Below, piece after piece: positions 1 through 11,643 of a DNA stretch of 64,000 nt (its first letter is position 1; every line of letters begins with the position of its first letter). Source of the stretch: Rhizophagus irregularis (taxonomy: Eukaryota); NCBI RefSeq assembly GCF_026210795.1, contig NC_089429.1, positions 1,116,001 to 1,180,000 on the forward strand. The letters are read 5' to 3'. The notes under the pieces were generated by a model that was given only the letters and a program-made list of their open reading frames with translations, had not been told where the DNA came from and made no database searches. The translations under genes were made by a program, and so were the position numbers.

Positions 1-1354
1 TAAAAGTATTTTGTGAATTTTTTAAAAATATTTCCAGATCAATTATCCCAAAAGAAAGAGCTAAACTTAAATATTCTAATTTAGGAGGAAGAACTTGTCC
101 TAAATTTTGTAATACAATTGAGCTTAAATCAATACAATCATTATAATCAATAGTAAGATAATTAATATTATGTTGATTATTTTTAATGATTGAGTAAATA
201 TTATTATCACCAGGTAAACCCAAACCAAAATATCTAATCCTTTTACAATATTTCATAATGAACTTGAATAATTGTTGTTTTTGTTCAATAAATTCGGTAT
301 CATTTTCAAAAAAAAACCCAAAATTTTCTAAACAATCACCAAATTTCTCTAATAGTAATTGTAATGACTCAACATGTAATATTTCATCTATAAATAAAGA
401 TATCAATTTAAAAGGTTTAATAACCTTAATAATTTGTTGAACAAAATCAGAATTTAAAGAATCACAGTAAAGAATATGAATAGAATCTAAAACATTCAAT
501 TGATCAAAAATTTCTTGTAAAATATTAACTATATTTTTAAAATCAATGTAATAAAATATAATTGTATTTAAAGTATTTGAACAATTCGAATTTTTTAAAG
601 ATAAAAATGGATTATATATATTAGCATAATACCCAAATAAAATTTTTTTGAGACCATTTTGTGAAATAATCATTTGTGATATATATTTTTCAATTAATAA
701 ATAATCATTGATGAAACGATTTCGTTTATAAAATTTAATTACAAATGATGAGATTGATTTGCAATTACTAGAATATAAAAATTTCAAAAATGAAATAAGA
801 TTTTGAGTTATAATAATAGAAAAATCTAAAGTTAAATTTCTGATATGGCATGTAAGATTTTGATTTTGTAAAATCTTCATATTATTTAAATACCTATAAC
901 CTGTAAAAGGTAGTACAACTTCAAGAGAATGTAAATTTCCTTCATTTTCAATGAACACTTCAAATAATGATCTATAAACTAAGTCTTCTAGCTTATAATT
1001 GCATTTGCCAATCCAATTTACAATAGAATTACAAATTTTATTTGTATCTAAGTATTTAATAAAACTAGGATAATTGAATAATGTATTTGTAAATTTTAAA
1101 TCATTATTAATTTCATATTCATTAAATTTTGCTTTACTATTTTCATTTAAAAAGTGTAAATAAATTTTAATACAATGATAATTTTGAGTAGGAGCTGAAA
1201 ATGGATCTTCCCATAATATCGGAATGGCTAAACGACACCATAATCTATTAACTAAAATACATGAATACAATGTTGAAAAATCTTTTCTTAAATACTGTAT
1301 AATTTCTTCTGTTAATTCAGGTAATTCCCCAGAAAATAATTTTGAAAACGCCAT
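1..1354 (-). CDS. F-box-like/LRR (RNI-like) protein, 3' end truncated by window edge
   Basis: Reverse strand from ATG 1354 reads MAFSKLFSGELPELTEEIIQYLRKDFSTLYSCILVNRLWCRLAIPILWEDPF. The same frame reads IFLKNSQNTF at position 1. The ORF track lists no terminated minus-strand ORF here, consistent with an open frame running off the edge. Confidence 0.88.
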   Translation of the reverse strand, partial: MAFSKLFSGELPELTEEIIQYLRKDFSTLYSCILVNRLWCRLAIPILWEDPFSAPTQNYHCIKIYLHFLNENSKAKFNEYEINNDLKFTNTLFNYPSFIKYLDTNKICNSIVNWIGKCNYKLEDLVYRSLFEVFIENEGNLHSLEVVLPFTGYRYLNNMKILQNQNLTCHIRNLTLDFSIIITQNLISFLKFLYSSNCKSISSFVIKFYKRNRFINDYLLIEKYISQMIISQNGLKKILFGYYANIYNPFLSLKNSNCSNTLNTIIFYYIDFKNIVNILQEIFDQLNVLDSIHILYCDSLNSDFVQQIIKVIKPFKLISLFIDEILHVESLQLLLEKFGDCLENFGFFFENDTEFIEQKQQLFKFIMKYCKRIRYFGLGLPGDNNIYSIIKNNQHNINYLTIDYNDCIDLSSIVLQNLGQVLPPKLEYLSLALSFGIIDLEIFLKNSQNTF

Positions 1355-2560
1355 GTTGGTTAAAGGAAATTTCGTTTCAAATATTTCAAAAAATAATTTA
1401 TTAATTTTCGGAGTTGTAGTAGGTGTTGTACAATTTTAATTAATATTCCATAAAAAGACAACAATAGAACTAAAAATAACATGTAAATCATTCCTTTTCT
1501 GCTCCCATCCATCTGATCGACAAGAGACATGATTTGTCAATCAAGTGGATGGGTGATTCCCCTGATTCCGGCCTACTAATCTTATTTGTTACAGCGTATG
1601 AAATCATAAACCAAATTCTTATTATTTAAATACATAATTATTTGTGACTATTTGCAAAATTAATAAAAAAGATTAAAATTCCATAATTAATTAACTTATT
1701 ATAAGCAAGTTTATCGTGTAATTTCAAGTTTTGGTTATGATTCCGTATATATTAAGTATTATTAGATCACGTTATTTTTAATTTTCTCGAATCAAATTAA
1801 AAATTATATTTTGTCTTTTTAATTATACTAAATTTTAATGATAAAAAAACATGATTCTATTTTAGTCCCTATGTTTTTATAAATTAATAATATTTTCCTC
1901 AATAATCTTTGAAAAATAAAGTAAACTACCGATGATGATCACTGAACCTGCGAATAACCTAAAAACAATAAAACCTTAAAATAATTAAAATATGATGATT
2001 TAATATATATTGATACAATAGTTAAGAAAATCAAATTTATGCAAACGATAAAAATATAAAATTACTTGTAAAATATAAATTGAATGAGCTATATTAGTTA
2101 ATTATAAATAATCAATATAAGCCTGAATCCCTAAAGTCAATTCTAACGAGTTATTACTTTGTAAATTATTTATAATAAAAAATTAAAGTTGGTCGAAAAA
2201 TAGAAATGATGCTATGAATTTACTGATAATAAAAGTCTACGTAGACGCAATACGTTACACAATTTAAAATTATTTATGTAGAGGGTAGTCTAGGCGTAAC
2301 ATTGATTATATAGTTTATCTAGAATAATAAAAATAATAAACTTTATAATTAATTAGCTAAAAACAATTTGGAATAATAAATGTTCACAAATCTGATCGTC
2401 CCAGACGTCCCAGTCGTCCCACGGTCCCACTTCAAGAATGATCAACATTAATAAGTTTTGTGCGACATGCGTAATCGGAATTCATACTCCATAAAAATTA
2501 ACTTAATTTGACATAATTTAAAATTTAATAACTCCCTTTTTTATTTTCTTCGTTTGCAAT

Positions 2561-4135
2561 ATGACATGCTCAAAAATATTTTCAGGAGATTTACCCGAAT
2601 TAGTGGATGAAATTATACAACATTTACGGAATGATATTTCAACATTGTATTCATGTATTTTAGTTAATAGATTATGGTGTCGTTTAGCCATTCCATTATT
2701 ATGGGAAGATCCATTTTCAACTCCTACCAAAAATTATCATTTCATTGAAATTTATTTACAATATTTGGAAGAAAAAGATAAAGAAAAATTACAAGATTAT
2801 GGTATTAATAATAATTTAATTCCTTTAAATACATTATTCAATTATCCTAGTTTCATTAAATATTTAAATACACAGAATATTATTTCAACTATTAAACTGT
2901 GGGTTAAAGCCGTTAGAAATTTATCAAATCAACCTTCATTACAATTTTATCCAGAATGTGATCTTTTAAAATTTATATATGAATCATTATTTAAGATATT
3001 TATTGAAAGAGAAACAAATTTAAATACTTTTGATAATTTTATCTTTTCAAATAATGATCGTGATTATTTTTATATTGCTTTTAAATTAATTTTACAAAAT
3101 CAAAATTTCATTAATAATATCAAAAATTTAAATTTCACCATTTTTATTACATCACGAATAAATATAACAACACTTATCTCTTATTTAAAATCAATTAATA
3201 CAATTTCATCACTTAACTATGCCTTTTATGGTTATCATTGTAGATTTAATTCCATAAATTTAAATTATTTATTTACTTCATTATTAAAAAATTCTAATAT
3301 TTCGAATACTTTAAAAATAATTACTTTTAGTAATATAAATTTTAATAACATTTTTGGTTTTAATGAAATATTTGAACAATTAAATGTTTTAGAATCTATT
3401 CATATTATTGATTGTAATTATTTAAATTCTTTCATTCAACAAATTCTTAATATTATCAAACCTTTTAAATTAAAAACTTTATTTATGAATAATGAATTAC
3501 CAAATATTGAATTATTACAATTATTATTACAAAAATCTGGTAATTATTTAGAAAATGTTAATTTTGGGTTATTAATTAAGAATGAATTAAAACTACAATC
3601 ACTTGAATTAATTATAAGATACTGTATGAGGATTAAAGTTTTTGAATTATTCGGATTTGATAATCAAAATATTTATTTATTATTCAATTTAATTGAAAAT
3701 ATTGGTCAAAATCTTAATTATCTTTCAATTCATCAGATAAGTGATTCATTTACTAATAATATTGAAACTAGTTTAATTGTATTACAAAATTTAGGTCAAA
3801 TCCTACCCTTTAAATTAGGATATTTAGATTTAAATCTTATGATTGAAAATGCAAGTGATTTTGAAATATTTTTAAAAAATTCTCAAAATACTTTTATTAA
3901 TAGATTATGTATTAAAATTATGATTCGTGAAGGTGATGATATTTTACTTTATATAAAAGAATATATTATGAAAAAGAAAAGAGTTAAACATTTGAGTTTT
4001 AAGGTGAATAATAATGATTTATTCTTCTTAAAAGATGAAGTAAAAGAATTTGAATTATATAATATTAAGGTTCAAAGTTTTTATTATTTTTCAAGCACTT
4101 TATTTGTTTCTTGTATAAAAAGAAAAATGTATTAG
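2561..4135 (+). CDS. F-box-like/LRR protein, 524 aa, intronless
   Basis: N-terminal LPELVDEIIQHL...LYSCILVNRLWCRLAIPLLW F-box-like motif followed by degenerate LxxLxL-type repeats. Head-to-head with the 1-1354 paralog. Confidence 0.9.
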   Translation: MTCSKIFSGDLPELVDEIIQHLRNDISTLYSCILVNRLWCRLAIPLLWEDPFSTPTKNYHFIEIYLQYLEEKDKEKLQDYGINNNLIPLNTLFNYPSFIKYLNTQNIISTIKLWVKAVRNLSNQPSLQFYPECDLLKFIYESLFKIFIERETNLNTFDNFIFSNNDRDYFYIAFKLILQNQNFINNIKNLNFTIFITSRINITTLISYLKSINTISSLNYAFYGYHCRFNSINLNYLFTSLLKNSNISNTLKIITFSNINFNNIFGFNEIFEQLNVLESIHIIDCNYLNSFIQQILNIIKPFKLKTLFMNNELPNIELLQLLLQKSGNYLENVNFGLLIKNELKLQSLELIIRYCMRIKVFELFGFDNQNIYLLFNLIENIGQNLNYLSIHQISDSFTNNIETSLIVLQNLGQILPFKLGYLDLNLMIENASDFEIFLKNSQNTFINRLCIKIMIREGDDILLYIKEYIMKKKRVKHLSFKVNNNDLFFLKDEVKEFELYNIKVQSFYYFSSTLFVSCIKRKMY

Positions 4136-4912
4136 TAGTTAATGTACATAAATTAAATAAAATTTTTTATAACGTGACGTGAGAATTTCAGGCGATCATA
4201 CATAAAATTTATTTGATTATAACACAATTTTATCATACTCTAATCGTACCTATAAAAAGATTCCATCCAATGTTAAAAATATTCGTAGTCTTTTTTTTTT
4301 TACTTATTCACACTGATTCCACTCTACTTACACGAGTGCAAAATCTAACTTCTTTCTCTAAGGGGGAAAGAATGATTAAAATATAAATTTATGATTATAT
4401 AGATTTACCGTTTAATGAATACTTCATTTATTAACAAACCAATTACTAAAAATGGTTCAAGGGCCAAATCATTCATGTAATTAATTTCGTTTAGATAGGT
4501 AAATATAGCCTGGATTCTTTTCCTTTCTTTACGATCATTAAGTATCCAGTGTTCAAGATACTAGCAAACATATAAGTTACCTGGTTAATGTAAAAATATT
4601 ATAATAATAATTATTAGCATAATAGAAATAGAACCATTTAAAAGACCAATTTAAATGAAAATACATACTTACTTTTTTATATTAAACCAAATGATTTTGC
4701 AATAATATTCATATCACATTTCAATTGAAGTTTAATTCCTTATATATGTCAAAGGCAAATAAAAAAATTACTATGGGCGATAGTATATTGTCATTCTACT
4801 GACACTAATGCATTTAGTTAGTAAAAAAGTAATTTCTCAATAAACAAAGAACATACTGATCAAGAATGTGCGTCTCTAGCGTCTCTGCAAGAAATGTTAA
4901 CTCACCCTGACT

Positions 4913-5880
4913 TAGTGATGTTAAATGACATTGTCATTTGACTAATTTTCAATGACATCTAAATTAGTGTTTTGATCGTGTACGGATAAAAACCATGGTA
5001 TCCGGATATCCAATTATCTGGATACCGCGGTTTTTATATATCCGGATAGAAAATATTCAGTTTAACCTGTTACTCGGATAAAAAAAAATAAATCATTTAA
5101 ATAATTACTAATTTTATTTAAATTATTATCTATTAATTATTTAGGGTATTGCTAAATATCACCAGTGGTGACGGTCACAATGCCGGTCAGTGTTTTATTA
5201 AATTTTAATTCAGGCCAAAAGTGCATCTTAATGCTGGTATGGTGAGCTAAAATAATATTCGATGATCGGCAGTAATTCGGGCCGTCTGTAATGCCAGCCC
5301 GAATTTTGCGAAATTGAAATTTGTCAAGACTCAAGACTCGAGGTAAGTTAAACGAAATTTGGGATTTTGTAATTTACCGCCATTGTACGTTTGGCCCAAG
5401 TTACTATCAATCTATGATTTAAAAAATTTTTTTTTTTTTAATAGATAGGTTGAATTGATTAATTTTAAGAGTAATATAACAAAACTAATTAGTTTTATGC
5501 CTAACCTTTCATTATTTATATAAATAATGTACTTATTGTCAAAATTTTACACTTAAATTTTTCAAAAAATTGACCTAATTCAGGTAAAATTCATAGTACC
5601 GGCCGAAATTAAAATTTTATTTTATTTAAAATTAATAAAGTATCACTAATTTATTAAAAATATTATGTCAACTTTTATTTGTTAAGATCAATTGATGAAA
5701 AAATTTTCTTATATATATAATCTTCTCCGATTTCAGTTTCTATCCGGATATATCCGGATTTATGTTCGAACTGGATAATCCGGATAATTTTTAAAATGTC
5801 ATTTGCAAATGACAAATGATAATAAAATGACACATGTTATTTTTAAGTGAAAATGTCATTAATGATAATCATCACAACTA
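4913..5880. mobile_element. Degenerate, possibly nested non-autonomous DNA transposon remnants
   Basis: AATGAC/GTCATT motif clusters at about 4913-4960 and 5793-5880, and TCCGGATA clusters at about 4985-5080 and 5740-5790, are arranged symmetrically. The segment at about 5145-5250 resembles 61490-61624. No TSD found. Confidence 0.45.
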
Positions 5881-5889
5881 ATGCTTTTA

Positions 5890-6289
5890 ATATCATTAGT
5901 TATATTAAGAATTTGATGATAATATTGATGGTATCTCCGAAAATATTACTAACAAAATAATTGAAGATATATAGTGAAATTATATAGGTGAATCTGATGG
6001 AAGAACATATGATTTTGAAGTAGGTGATCATGATATTCATCCAGCAGATACTAACATGTTAGCTAAATGGAAATTACTTGATTTTATTTGATGAGCCCTT
6101 TGATTTTAAACTATACTATAATATATATATAATATCTATTTGCATTATATAAACCAATCAGAAAGTTTAAAATTAGTTTAGTAGTTTAGAATTAGCTTAG
6201 AAGTTTAGAATTAGTTTGGAATATAATTTGGAAATTCTAACTAGTTTAAAAAATTGCTATAAGTTTAGAAGGATCCTTTAGAAGCACTG
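5890..6289 (+). mobile_element. Probable 3' end relic of a hAT-like transposon
   Basis: Coding-like fragment DIHPADTNMLAKWKLLDF (about 6032-6085), then subterminal AGTTTAGAATT-type repeats (6170-6270), ending in ...GAAGCACTG (CAGTG on the reverse strand, a common hAT terminus). Family assignment is from recollection of similar transposase C-termini. Confidence 0.4.
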
Positions 6290-6720
6290 AACAAATAATG
6301 CTACATACTTACATGATTATTAAATGTTATATAAATTCCTATATTACTATATTACTCATATAAAATTACATACTAAAGTTAAAACATAAAAAATAAAGAA
6401 CTAAAATGCCGCAGTTTGTTTTTAAAATAATTCTGGCTATCATTATAGATCACATGATATAATAAATATTATCTACATGACATTTAGATCATTTGTGTCA
6501 TTTCATAACACTGATCGTTGTACACCGATTGACAAAAGATCTAGCCTTATACTCCATGGGGTGTCATGTGGTGCGGAATTAATAAAAAAAAGGAATGATT
6601 TACATGAAATTTTTTGTTCTTTTGTTGCCTTTTTATGGAAAGTTGTACAACTATGAAATTGATAAATTTTATTTCATTATTGAAACGAAAGCAACCTCCC
6701 TTCCCTTTTGTTTTAATAAA

Positions 6721-8346
6721 ATGGCATGCTCAAAAGTACTTTCAGGGAATTTACCTGAATTAACTGATGAAATTTTACAATATTTTAAAAAAGATATATC
6801 AACATTATATTCATGTATTTTAGTTAATAGATTATGGTGTCGTCTAGCCATTCCATTATTATGGGAAGATCCTTTTTCAATTCATAACCAAAATTATCGT
6901 TGTATTGGAACTTATTTATGCTTTTTAAATGAAGATAGCAAAGCAAAATTTAATGAATATGGAATCAATGATAAATTATTACTTTCAAACACATTATTCA
7001 ATTATCCCAGTTTTATTAAATACTTGGATACATATAAAGTTTGTTGTTCTACTAAAAAATGGGTCTCTACTTCAGTGGGTAAAGGCAATGAGAAACTAGA
7101 AAGCTTGGTTTATAGATATTTATTTGAAGTGTTCATTGAAAATGAAGGAATTTTACATTCTTTTGAAGTTGCACTACCTACGGGTATTGATCATAAATAT
7201 TTTTATGATAATATGGACCTAATTTTAAAAAATCCAAATTTTACATGCAACATCAAAAATTTAAAATTAGATAGTAATGATGATATTCCATTTGAAAATA
7301 CTATTATTACATTTTTAAAATTTTTATATTCTAATTGCAATTCAATCTCATCAATTTTTTTAAAATTTTTTATTTATGATATCAATAATTGTTCATTAAT
7401 TGAAAAACATTCATCACAAATGATTGTTTCACAACATAATATCAAAAAAATTTCATTTGAATCTAATCCTATTTTATATAATCTATTATTATCATTAAAA
7501 AATTCTAATTGTTCAAATACTTTAAATACAATTATATTTCATTACACTGATTTTAAGAATGTAGTTAGTATTTTACAAGAAGTTTTTGATCATTTAAATG
7601 TTTTAGAATCTATTCATCTTATTTATTGTCGTTCTTTAAATCCTGATTTTGTTAAACAAATTATTAAGGTTAATAAACCTTTTAAATTGAGATCTTTGTT
7701 TATGGATGAAATATTACATATTGGGTCATTGCAATTACTATTAGAGAAATTTAGTGATTGTTTAGAAAATTTTGGATTTGGACTTATGAGTGATGAATGT
7801 GATGGACCGAGACGACAATTATTTAAATTAATTATGAAATATTGTACAAAGATTAAATATTTTGATTCGGGTATACCTGATGATATTAATATTTATCTAT
7901 TCATTAAAAATAATCAACATAGTATTAATTATCTCACTATTGAAATAGATTTTCACGATGATTGTGCTGGTTTAAGTTCAAGTGTATTACAAAATTTAGG
8001 ACAGGTACTTCCTTCTAAATTGGAATATTTATGTTTAACTCTTTTATTTAATATAAGTGATTTGGAAATATTTTTAAAAAATTCACAAAATACTTTTATT
8101 AAGAAATTAATAATTGGACATATTATGCAAATTAAAGATGAAAATATATTACTTTATATAAAGGAATATATTATGAAGAAGGAAAAGGTTAAATATTTGG
8201 CTATTATGTTTGATGATGATTTGGAAAATGAATTATTTTATTTAAAAGACGAAGTAAATGAATTTAAATTACATAATATTATAGTTAGAAAATTCTTTGA
8301 TTTGTATATTGATGTATATGATTTTATAGATGATTTTAATAATTAG
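6721..8346 (+). CDS. F-box-like/LRR protein (conserved start 6721; an in-frame upstream ATG at 6595 adds 42 aa)
   Basis: MACSKVLSGNLPELTDEILQYF...LVNRLWCRLAIPLLWEDPF, open to TAG at 8346. Confidence 0.9.
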   Translation: MACSKVLSGNLPELTDEILQYFKKDISTLYSCILVNRLWCRLAIPLLWEDPFSIHNQNYRCIGTYLCFLNEDSKAKFNEYGINDKLLLSNTLFNYPSFIKYLDTYKVCCSTKKWVSTSVGKGNEKLESLVYRYLFEVFIENEGILHSFEVALPTGIDHKYFYDNMDLILKNPNFTCNIKNLKLDSNDDIPFENTIITFLKFLYSNCNSISSIFLKFFIYDINNCSLIEKHSSQMIVSQHNIKKISFESNPILYNLLLSLKNSNCSNTLNTIIFHYTDFKNVVSILQEVFDHLNVLESIHLIYCRSLNPDFVKQIIKVNKPFKLRSLFMDEILHIGSLQLLLEKFSDCLENFGFGLMSDECDGPRRQLFKLIMKYCTKIKYFDSGIPDDINIYLFIKNNQHSINYLTIEIDFHDDCAGLSSSVLQNLGQVLPSKLEYLCLTLLFNISDLEIFLKNSQNTFIKKLIIGHIMQIKDENILLYIKEYIMKKEKVKYLAIMFDDDLENELFYLKDEVNEFKLHNIIVRKFFDLYIDVYDFIDDFNN

Positions 8347-10159
8347 GAAGTTGTATTTTAATTTTATCAATGTCATAAGTCCTTACTAGTTTTCTCATTT
8401 CTTTGCGATTTTTTTCTATCTCCTCTTTAATCTCTTTTATCTCTTCAACCTCTTGCTTTGTATTATTTATTACCTCTCAGCTTCGTCTACACGTTAAAAA
8501 TAAAAATAAAAATAAAAATTTTTTTATTAATAAATAATGAAATTATCAATTTTTTGTATTTTGAATTTTGACAACCATTGTTTAAGGGAACAAAAATTTA
8601 CACGATTTTTTTTTTTTTTGATAATCGTTAAATATTAAAAGAAAGAAAATCCACACGAATATTTTTTAAAAAAGCTTAATTAAAGAAAATTTATACGAAT
8701 ATTTTTTTAAAAAGCTTAATTAAATTAAATTAAACTTTATTATTGTTATGGTCAAGAATTGTGGATTAACTGGATTACGCGCAATACTAAAGTTAATAAT
8801 TCCTTGTTAAAATCAAATAATTTTAACAAATTTTTATAATTTTTTATTATATTTTATAGAGAAATTATTAATTAGAAATATGATCTAATAGTAAAAATGA
8901 AAATATTTTGTACTATGCAAAAGAACATTATGAAAAAAGACAGGGTTAATATTTAGCTTTTTTTAGAGACAAAATGTAAGATAATGATGAAGAACGGCCG
9001 AAAATTATAATTTTGGCCCGAATTATAAAAATTTAAAAATTTTAAAAAATTAATTTTTATATTTTTATGGTGAACGAACTGAACGATCACCACTAGTAGC
9101 GACAGATCCTTAAATGTTTGTCAAAATTCTGGCCAGAGTTAACATCTTAATTCTGGCAGAGTTTAAATTTTTGGTTGGAGTAATTACCCGGGTAAGTTTT
9201 CAATGTATTAAAATAAACTAAAAAAAAAATAGTCATTTATTGAATTTAATATGTATATATATCAGGACCAACAAATCCATCCATTATTTCTTTTTATACT
9301 TTCGTATTTCTTCATATTTTTCCTCAATAATAACTTAAATTATTACGAGGAATTTTTATAAATTATAAAAATTTACGAGGTTCATATATAATTTTATAAA
9401 TTATAAAAATTTACAAATACAAGTATCAAATTTATTAACTTTTTCTTACTATATGTCTATATCACCATTATATTACGTTAATCTGAAGTTATAAAATGGT
9501 TTAAACATTGCATGTATTTTTTTTATTTATTTATGTTCTACATTTTAACTGCAACCTTTATTTTGCCAGCCAAATATCTTATTACGACAAAACTCGTTAC
9601 GACAAAGTAGGCTAATTATTAGCGTTAAACAATATCACATGATTTGTTTTATATTTCAAAATTTACGTAGATTCTAATTTTGCCTAGTGCTTCTACGTCA
9701 TAGTCCAAGTAGATTATCGTAATTACTATGAACTGTTTTTTGGATATTAAGAAAATCTCTAAAGCATGCGCGTGAATAATTTTATTGCTATTAATACAGA
9801 CTCGTGAGTGATTTAAGATGAATTTTGCTAAAAAATTACATGAATATTTATTACCTTCGTCATCTTTCAAAAATCATAATTATTCACCTATACCAAATAT
9901 AAAATTACGCCTTTTCACTCATTTATAATTTTTATCTATTGTTGAGTTCGATAAGAATATTTTTAAAAATGAAGGTACAATTAAGGTAATTTAATAATGC
10001 GGAGAACGAATTATTTAAATTTCTTATATCAGGTCATCCATTTATTTTATTTAATTGATCACATGATTATTGCGGCAATGGAGGACCAAAACAAGAATGT
10101 GTGATTGCATGGACACAGAAACCTTATATCTAAATGTTTAATTTATTTTTGGATGAAAC

Positions 10160-11271
10160 CCAATTTATCTCAAATAAAAAACAAAAAAAAGGAAATAATT
10201 AAATATTTTAATTTATTTATAAATGTTGGGAACTGAAAAAAAAGTCATAGTCGATTATCTTTTTTTAACAAATTAGGACTTCATTTACTGTGGTTTATGT
10301 AGTGAACTCAAAAACTATAGATTACGCTATGTCAAAAATGATCATTGATTTATGAAAAATTTTTCTTTGTGATGATACACAAAAATGAGTGTACCTTCTG
10401 CTTCTGGCGTTGTTTGACCTAATATTATTGACACAACATTTGTATAACGATAAATAATATACATATGATCATCGCAACTTTGTGTTACCGCCACCTATAC
10501 CAAAATGCGTACTTCCACCATCATCAAATAGGAACGGCAGTTTGAGCAGCCAGAAACTGAGTCGGAACCAAGAACTGGTTCAGTTCTCTAAATCGGAACA
10601 AGTCTGTCCCGCTCGCTTCTTTAAATAGATCTAGTTACAGCTGTATATATTAGTATATGTAGAACAAGAAAAGATTTATTTCGTACTTCATTATATTTAT
10701 ACAAGAAATCAAATTTAAGATAAAATTGCGGTTTTGAACAATCAAATTAATTAAATTGGTAATACTCGTAAGTTGGAATCAGACAAAAAAACTTTAAACG
10801 GTTAAAAATCAGTTAATCGGATCATTTAGCCTGACAATAACCGGTTAATTAACCGGTTCATATATTCACATATTTTAACGCGTATTTTAGATATTTATCC
10901 CTATCATTTTAGAATCTGTAAAAGAAATTATAATAATAAATTTCAAAGAAAGATATAATGACAATTTCTCAATTCGGAACATCCATTTAATCATTTCAAA
11001 TGTTTGCGACAAAAAAGAAAGAAGAAAGCTTCTATCTAGGATGATCAAATGATCAACTTATTTTGGATAGAACATAGAACATTTTAAATTCAATTTATCT
11101 TAGATGAAAACAAAAAAGGAAATAATAAAAAAAAAAATTCGATTATCTTTTTACAAAAGTAGAACTTCATTTATCGATGATCTACGTAAAAAATCCAAAA
11201 ACCGTATTTAAGGCTGATTATCATACCAAATATGATCATTGATTTATGAAAATTTCCTTTGTGATGATACG
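10160..11271 (+). repeat. Direct duplication of a ~200-bp non-coding module (about 10160-10380 and 11091-11271)
   Basis: Shared blocks in the same order: CAATTTATCT, AAAAGGAAATAAT, CGATTATCTTTT, ACTTCATTTA, ATGATCATTGATTTATGAAAA, CTTTGTGATGATAC. Confidence 0.75.
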
Positions 11272-11643
11272 CTTTCCTGATTTTAATTTGGATCAAATAT
11301 TCAATGAATATTAAAACATACTTTCTTTTTTTTGGAAGATTTACATACATTAAAGTTTCTAATATTATATTTTAAAAAAATTAATAAATTTCATCATTAT
11401 CTATTTATATTTTTTTATTGTGATAATTTTACAAAAATAGAGAAAAAAATAATATAATCATTTAAATGAATAAATTTTTTTTTTTTAGGATATTATTGCT
11501 TTGTGATTAGTTGAAAACACACAAATAAATATAACTATAAATATTATATATATGCGCAATATCACTTTTAAAAATGTATATAAAGAAGTCAAAAACGAAT
11601 CAATAATAAATCTCAAGTTTAAAAAACTTAAAAACTATTCAAT

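Noticed and set aside
1224..1439. Recurrent small ORFs 'MA(K/R)RHHNLL...' (also 2518, 6669, 17515, 55254, 63656) that look like a peptide family
   Set aside because: They are antisense shadows of the conserved F-box coding segment, so their conservation is explained by the sense gene.
6170..6275. Telomere-like repeats (AGTTTAGAATT)
   Set aside because: Not TTAGGG arrays; they are degenerate and adjacent to a TE-like terminus.
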